From: a phage | Sequence record: PQ478073.1 | DNA: 64,000 nt | Direction: 5' to 3' (one strand) | Shown: positions 59,601 to 64,000 of the stretch, piece after piece | Position numbering within the stretch: the stretch's first letter is position 1 | Layout of the letters: every line of letters starts with the position of its first letter | Translations under genes and position numbers: made by a program | Notes under the pieces: generated by a model | The model's input: the letters and a program-made list of their open reading frames with translations, nothing else | What the model was told of the DNA's origin: nothing | Databases searched by the model: none

Positions 59601-62600
59601 ATTCACCAGTTACTAGAGAATTCTGACTCCAGATCACGAAATCTTTAGCAATAGTGTTCCAATCTTGTTGAGCACCACTATCATTTACATCTTCAAAAAT
59701 CCAACCATGTTCTTTAAGATATTCACCATATCCACAAATAAAAGTATAAACTTCTTGGTAACTATTGAAAACTTTACCATATTCAATTGAAGCTTCAGAC
59801 TTCCATTCATTATAATGAACAACATTACGGTTTTCCAATTTAAGAGTTACTTTTCTACCATTTTTTACGGGAAGTTTATATTTAAATTTAGCACCAACTA
59901 GATCATATCCATCAATCTGATATGCACTACCATTCCAAGTAATTTTGATCGCACTCATTTGCTCATCACGGATATTATTAGAACGAACAAGACCAATGGT
60001 TTGGTTTTCTTGTGAAATAAGACCGAAAGATTTAGCATTGAATGTTAGCTGATCTGCTTTAGTAAATCCTCCAATTTTATGACCAACATTTATATAAGAA
60101 GAACGAACTACATCCCCATACTTGGTGGTAATATTTTTATTTTGATACATCAAATGGTCACTTACAAACATTTGATAACCAATTGTTCTTGTGCTATTTT
60201 CACCATGAACTACTGTATTTTTATCAAAATTAATACGCTTACGTGTATCACCATAAAGGAATTGTGAACCATCAGTGAATACTTCTTTTAAGTTATCATT
60301 GCGGGTATCCCAGAAATAGTTAGCAAATTGTGCTGGTTTAGCTTTATACAAAAGCATCATTTGGTCATATGCAAACAATGTAGTGTTCATGTATGTAAAT
60401 TCCATGTCACCCATATCACCATATGTCCAAGGTTCTGCTCTATGATTTAAAGATCCAGACACTAAACCTAAAATTTCAGGTGCAATATATTCAACCACAC
60501 AAATATCAATACCAGAAGATGTTTTATTTCCAGTTTTTGTAATTTTGAATGGCTGTACACCAAATCTTTTATATTTGTCATATTGACCACGACGATCACC
60601 AAATAAAATAGTTCCAGTACTGCTATCGCCAATACTTCCGTCAATATCCCAAAGACCACTAGGAACTAAATCACCTTGCTCATTCATAACAAGTGCTTCA
60701 TATACATATACAACATCACTATCACGTTCACCAACTTGAACAGCCGTTGGTTCGTATTCTTGGTTCCACCAAGTTGGACGTTGTGTAAAGCCAAACATTT
60801 CCCACGGATGGGTAGCTGGGCGATATGTACCATATTGGTCAGTGTAAATGGCACGCCATGAACCACGTGCAGGAATTTCAGTACTTTGACCATTAACTAC
60901 ATAATAAGTGCCAGTATAGTTCCAAGTTCTCCAATTGTTAGGATCATAATCATGTGTACTATTACTGATACCATTAGTTGCGGTGAAGTTAATGTATCCA
61001 CGTAGTAATAATGTTTGTTTCTCTTCAGCACTATATTCAGTTTTAGTGAAATATGGTGTAGGGAAAAGGTCATCACTATTCAATACTGGTACGTAATCAA
61101 CATCTTTGAATTTATTATCAATACTATTAAAAATTCTATTTTCTAATTCATATACAACATCATCCATTTTATCAACACCATTGATAACACGGTATGCTTT
61201 GGAAATAATACCAGTATGACTGATGTTATAACAGCTTGGTTTACTACCAGCAGTGAGGAATGTCGCTTTTTCTGGTACATATGCTTGAAGAATACCTAAG
61301 AACTGTGGTGTTGGTGGTATAAATGCACGAATGAATCCAGAAGTACTTCCAACATTATCATAATAGAATGGGAATGAACTATCACGTCCCATATTAATAG
61401 TAGTTAAAATTGCATCAACAATGTTTGCAGCACTATTTTGTAAAAAGTCTGATGGATTTTCATCATACATACGAAGCATTTGTGTATTAAATTTATTAAT
61501 GAATCTAAAATATTCAGATTGCATAAACATAGTTGCTTCAAATAAATCAATATCTTCATTTGCAGTATGTGCCATCAATGGAAGCATAGATGCTTCATTT
61601 TGGATAATTTTAGTACCTACGCCATTATTAACCAATCCTTTAGCCAAACGTTCTTCATAGTCATTGAAATCATCAGAAGAACCACGTGTAATGTTCTTTT
61701 GAATAATATCCTGAAAATGTAAAGTGTAGTCACCTTGGTTAATGTATATAATATTAGAATTATATGGGTTATTTTGTAGGTTGATTGGAACTTCATAAGC
61801 ACCTAATTCTTTATCAGGTGTTACAGTACTGCTATAAGTTCTGATTTGAATAACAGAATCTTCATCCAATTCTACAGTACTATCTAGAGTGATGCTTTGT
61901 ACTTGACCTTTTGAAACATTTTTGGTATATTTGGACACATCAACACCATCAACCACAACTTCAATAATATCAGAATCATTATCTAAAACTTTTTGTGCCA
62001 ATTCGAATGTATGGTCATATTTTACAATCTGAACACCATCACCAGTAATTGGATGCCAATCTAGATAAGTTTCTCGGTCAGCTTTATAGTACTGATATGT
62101 TCTATCAACTTCAATAACATATGCATACATACCATCAACTGGTTCTTTAAAAACTTCCATATCATAAACAGTACTGAATACACGATACATATCAGTACGT
62201 TTGACTTGTGGAGTTTGTTTTACAAATTGTTTAGAGTACTCTTCTGAACGAACCCAATCGGTTTGAAGATTCATTTCATTATTTTCATCAATAATGTTAT
62301 AATAGTATAAACCATCAATTTCAACTTCTTTTCCAAGATGGTCATAGGTATAACGTTGGGATTGTAAAAAGTTTTCATAAATGTAATAATTATAATCACC
62401 AAGTTCAATGTTATATCCATATACACTATCAGTTGCATAGTTGTAATTTATTTTAAAACCAAACAACTCTGAACCTTTAAAGTTACTTGATGGATATGTA
62501 GTACTGTTGTCAAGTTTGATACCATTACGATCATAAAGTTGGAATTTAGGGAATACGTTAACACTAGTTTTTGATTGTGCACGAACCCACAAAGAACCAT

Positions 62601-63600
62601 TCCAGTACATAGAACTATTACCATACTCATTACCTTTAGTGATTAGAACAACATCACCATCTTGAGGTTCACCACTTGGGCGTGATTCGGTTTCTTCTTC
62701 TGGATCTAGTGCTAAACCATAAACACGAGTACCATCTTGCATTTTTTTCACATATACATTATAAATTCTATTGTTTTCACCATTGTTACCAATACTGGTG
62801 AATAGAATACGCATTCCATCTTGCGGAATAATACCATCAATACGTATACCACTATTAATATCTTTTTGAACGATATCTTCAGGTTTAATAATATCAGAGA
62901 ACAGATCAACAGTTCCACGGAATTTTGTACCGTAGTTAATTAGCTCAATATTTTTATTATATTCAATAATTGGTGCACGTGCACGAATAAAACGTGAATC
63001 TTGCATTAATTCTTCAGTTAATATTGAGCCATCTTCTAATGTTTCACCTAAAGTATACCAAAAGTTTTGTAGTGACCATGTATTACCATTAAGTGCTCCG
63101 CGTTCCATTACAATGTAATCAGGTGAAGTAATATTATAAGAGTTTTTAGTATCCCAAAGATATGAGCTAAAATTGTTCATTTTATTTGGGTTAATAGCTG
63201 GAGTCCATGCATAAAACTTACCGTTGAACAAACGGCTTTCATTATCGGTTAGTGCTCCATAATGATTCATGTATCCAACTAGATCATCATAAAATTGAAT
63301 TGAACGAATTGTCGAATCATCATTTTTTGAGACGTAAGCAGTGGACAACTGATAAAGTTGACGTGCTACAGTACTTTCATGTAAGAAGATATTACCAGCA
63401 GCGGCAGGAGAACCCATATCACCAATATAGCCGTCAACTAATTCGTTTTCAGCCGGATTAAACCATTGTTGAATAACATCATCACTGACTTTTTGAATAT
63501 CTTCTAAGCCTTGCATCCACTCAGGCAATCTTTTAATAAAAAGCTTCTTCTGTACTGCTTCAGCCATCTGTGTAGGTTGAAACTTAAAATTATTAGTCAT
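53629..63600 (-). CDS. giant protein of unknown function (about 3323 aa; 3333 aa if first ATG 63630 is used)
   Basis: Single uninterrupted ORF of about 10 kb; GGAG SD 7 nt upstream of ATG 63600, none upstream of 63630; Y/N/D-rich, no transmembrane or catalytic motif recognised by eye. Confidence 0.7.
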   Translation of the reverse strand: MTNNFKFQPTQMAEAVQKKLFIKRLPEWMQGLEDIQKVSDDVIQQWFNPAENELVDGYIGDMGSPAAAGNIFLHESTVARQLYQLSTAYVSKNDDSTIRSIQFYDDLVGYMNHYGALTDNESRLFNGKFYAWTPAINPNKMNNFSSYLWDTKNSYNITSPDYIVMERGALNGNTWSLQNFWYTLGETLEDGSILTEELMQDSRFIRARAPIIEYNKNIELINYGTKFRGTVDLFSDIIKPEDIVQKDINSGIRIDGIIPQDGMRILFTSIGNNGENNRIYNVYVKKMQDGTRVYGLALDPEEETESRPSGEPQDGDVVLITKGNEYGNSSMYWNGSLWVRAQSKTSVNVFPKFQLYDRNGIKLDNSTTYPSSNFKGSELFGFKINYNYATDSVYGYNIELGDYNYYIYENFLQSQRYTYDHLGKEVEIDGLYYYNIIDENNEMNLQTDWVRSEEYSKQFVKQTPQVKRTDMYRVFSTVYDMEVFKEPVDGMYAYVIEVDRTYQYYKADRETYLDWHPITGDGVQIVKYDHTFELAQKVLDNDSDIIEVVVDGVDVSKYTKNVSKGQVQSITLDSTVELDEDSVIQIRTYSSTVTPDKELGAYEVPINLQNNPYNSNIIYINQGDYTLHFQDIIQKNITRGSSDDFNDYEERLAKGLVNNGVGTKIIQNEASMLPLMAHTANEDIDLFEATMFMQSEYFRFINKFNTQMLRMYDENPSDFLQNSAANIVDAILTTINMGRDSSFPFYYDNVGSTSGFIRAFIPPTPQFLGILQAYVPEKATFLTAGSKPSCYNISHTGIISKAYRVINGVDKMDDVVYELENRIFNSIDNKFKDVDYVPVLNSDDLFPTPYFTKTEYSAEEKQTLLLRGYINFTATNGISNSTHDYDPNNWRTWNYTGTYYVVNGQSTEIPARGSWRAIYTDQYGTYRPATHPWEMFGFTQRPTWWNQEYEPTAVQVGERDSDVVYVYEALVMNEQGDLVPSGLWDIDGSIGDSSTGTILFGDRRGQYDKYKRFGVQPFKITKTGNKTSSGIDICVVEYIAPEILGLVSGSLNHRAEPWTYGDMGDMEFTYMNTTLFAYDQMMLLYKAKPAQFANYFWDTRNDNLKEVFTDGSQFLYGDTRKRINFDKNTVVHGENSTRTIGYQMFVSDHLMYQNKNITTKYGDVVRSSYINVGHKIGGFTKADQLTFNAKSFGLISQENQTIGLVRSNNIRDEQMSAIKITWNGSAYQIDGYDLVGAKFKYKLPVKNGRKVTLKLENRNVVHYNEWKSEASIEYGKVFNSYQEVYTFICGYGEYLKEHGWIFEDVNDSGAQQDWNTIAKDFVIWSQNSLVTGEFISCTPSAANAKFGADFGSVQSITQNNGGVWSLLDDNNQGIRQYEIETSRIGNIFTVRTLESNKRIALIRLSLCSYEHAVIFDDKTIFGDYIYQPTYGSIQELIKMYGYITGSWTGRLQAPGFIILEAGTLPSFEKLVSDFQHYYDSETPVSDVQLQELSNHLIGYQSRDYLQRMISSDVSRVDFYKGFIHDKGTNQVLERVLRVSKSYDTDEYKALQEWAFKIGTYGNIDGKKNLQFKLINDQFKQQPQMVSFDVNATSNGNGNHIVYFGEQGKDPRWITRPNGKFSFPMRSGRSENIQLPDIGPVTLDEVSYTTKDFSTAYNDRITYTNGKGENPESVWMFKDGNGLWNIFELVDTNVQMVSITPIENTDVYAEQFCKVTLTDNVPLEDGDYYYFVDETNFMPDTLTVESQYYTAGSDPKVMVVPFDTSIDIEFTDPDTRPRLYRYVSRFASTDERQAYIDKKYSFKAPQSTLFDRPTTYDERTNITELYLNVYDPINGVIPGAAMQNVTYTSPVDPAQYNSNGELIQAWGADKVGQVWWNTSTAFYLDYTRAIYDADGNVDIDATNEYKRYNWGRLLPHSTIDVLEWVCSPVEPYNWDKYCKDVAKKNKNNTMYLPSGTALEDNYSTFLEYDSSTDSYVTKYYFWVRDTIYVPPLHTRTKSCTDIARIIKDPTQLNIPWFAPINENSFILSNMQFKVNDDTSILTVSYYMDSTEVVKHDQYQLCKEGDSYNFNPLIWDSMWNSLIGQETTESGSVINLLYPDVDNGLGSNKTWFQNVIEARRNFVESANNYYRSQNITTNSVVMEDVFNVKTTEVNPNEVSFRVLSYNNELVIAVESDKFKENDAVILSTSGYLPNPLTSSAVYFIHFDENGYIQLMNSPANAGSVVTITLENKGEGQHKMIKQSDYVESLGTSLDMTQYWSYADWYDVGYDSNTTYTQESSLEDANTKNYQVGDIIRVTDSENIWTLYIKSQSRDSIYWKAIGRENSTVELNDMLYADYSVHNDNGSLSNREINVRKALALLKNSFDLHQSEIVFDMVKYVHVEQSVVDWVFKTSYIYIVGLEQSLVQNYSNDNLINQIVEYFEEVKPYRTKIRSQIEQKTSDDDLIKGLCNDLDPNGYIFVDGSWVKTEKDIWDYEYAQFNEITQKWEQVGSLPSDFITPNRRFQEIDIIMHYDNIQCKPNADLASINELVSVNNKYQSNEKDAVSNYELQRYIYSFPEYSEETFDLLIAYQMQIYYPELDVTLGTAYGVNQWYKDHAEDLEATDEFTATLERVYKESTQNDMFTDLRQYVQYNTLANRLKLYKDISDEKIHDEVGCGFSGLTYNDNPSTRLPLGFSSSNDYNYGYFEISSELYQKYISLIKDKNPDASDYEVKVKLEVEYGVYVYRYDEVGGDTRFYTDAIHVLAGMRGLFDKDATDKYEKAEEILSKTPIDIYAITMIPRKYVYLNVNGVYQSIPDEQSIDDFMEDYFITNGEMIELAEINLDDLPLDQNNPMYSDYQYILDSITEAKYFNDMNAFDNLALESQTSSIKWEVKDDEVDPYIVDISDINPSGRDVGQIRFTVDGYGFDNVSLVQLRDNSRYQTEGMAIINPYKHTEAIVSIPSYAKIENDINKTTSKFDEKYFYRVRSINSLTEAEIVDNDLSDGDKVMIFTPDGEDFVRYQNHTWETILRVSNIKNNTTPILFTVRNTGKETIELIDESTGAVLRYDNITLAQQNEPVQPLALNIVRVRTFADPEFVKNGIKLYEQNRNYTIDVINYDVFYDTTLNGGKYNDGITPDDVDVWIISNEIFDVDGITIDNGYNLPITGAGVLSELARTKMTDSLEINVIEYDSSVIQPFRNNEGIWVYGYPMVDGMYIGVVGGTVTNITTISEENTTYVSQPKSISPYSIRNNVLSGSAANINDIISIGYEKVEVRNANNLLRGVMYSAEHDFKLNTTYSFNGINLGNYDMLKRYTQNSYTIDLSVYTDSLQVSGNDIKNILLVK

Positions 63601-63648
63601 TTTTGGACTCCATATAATTCGTTCATTCATTTGATTTATTTATGATAT

Positions 63649-63672
63649 AAAAAAGGCGTTCCGAAGAACGCC
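63649..63672 (-). terminator. rho-independent terminator
   Basis: ggcgttc / cgaa / gaacgcc hairpin with U-run on the minus strand (A-run 63649-63654). Confidence 0.65.
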
Positions 63673-63679
63673 CGTTATA

Positions 63680-64000
63680 TTAAGAACCGATATTAATATT
63701 ACTTTTAGCTAGTGAGTTAACAATTTGAACATTTTCAACAGATGCAGTACTCAAGAATATTTGGTCTGAACGTGAAGGGATTTCAAATAGAGAACCAAAT
63801 TTTGAATTTGGATTTTGTGCAACTATAACAATAGTACTAATATGTCTACCTAACTGTGAGTGTATGTAAGTACACAAATCAGTATAATAGAAACTTTCAC
63901 CGAAATCCCAGTTATCAACATTGAAGTATTCATTAGTTAATGCTATGACATTTTGACGAATTTCATCATCACTCATTGTGCTGTTTGGTAATTTCACTAC
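63680..64000 (-). CDS. hypothetical protein, 3' portion (gene probably continues beyond window end)
   Basis: ORF track 63680..63997; reading frame open to window edge. Confidence 0.45.
   Translation of the reverse strand, partial: VVKLPNSTMSDDEIRQNVIALTNEYFNVDNWDFGESFYYTDLCTYIHSQLGRHISTIVIVAQNPNSKFGSLFEIPSRSDQIFLSTASVENVQIVNSLAKSNINIGS

Noticed and set aside
54343-63461. Multiple 60-90-aa ORFs on both strands within the giant gene
   Set aside because: Short, no SD, embedded in one continuous 10-kb reading frame

Overview
AT-rich, densely packed, terminator-punctuated phage DNA, most likely from a large (possibly jumbo) myovirus distantly related to T4; all calls are by-eye motif reading, with no database search run. 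Recognisable genes: thymidylate synthase (ThyA), CCA-adding tRNA nucleotidyltransferase, NrdC-like glutaredoxin, gp1-like dNMP kinase, a tail sheath with a T4 gp18-like C-terminus followed by three tube-fold paralogues, a ClpA-like double-AAA+ unfoldase, a membrane-anchored LysM + T4-lysozyme-family protein, and a minus-strand tail-fibre/receptor-binding module (32.8-45.5 kb) including a highly repetitive 1841-aa fibre. A second layer of small enzymes looks like host-takeover or anti-defence candidates: a Dps-like ferritin, a 2H phosphoesterase, a macro domain, two NUDIX hydrolases (one apparently frameshifted) and a SLOG-like protein next to thyA. The strongest candidate for an undescribed system is a MoxR-like AAA+ ATPase plus HExxH-VWA partner cassette (27.4-30.2 kb) driven by tandem consensus promoters. 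Other notable items are a 3323-3333-aa giant ORF (53.6-63.6 kb), a promoter-to-terminator unit without a long ORF at the window start, and two recurrent promoter architectures. No tRNA, rRNA, CRISPR array, integrase or transposase was seen.
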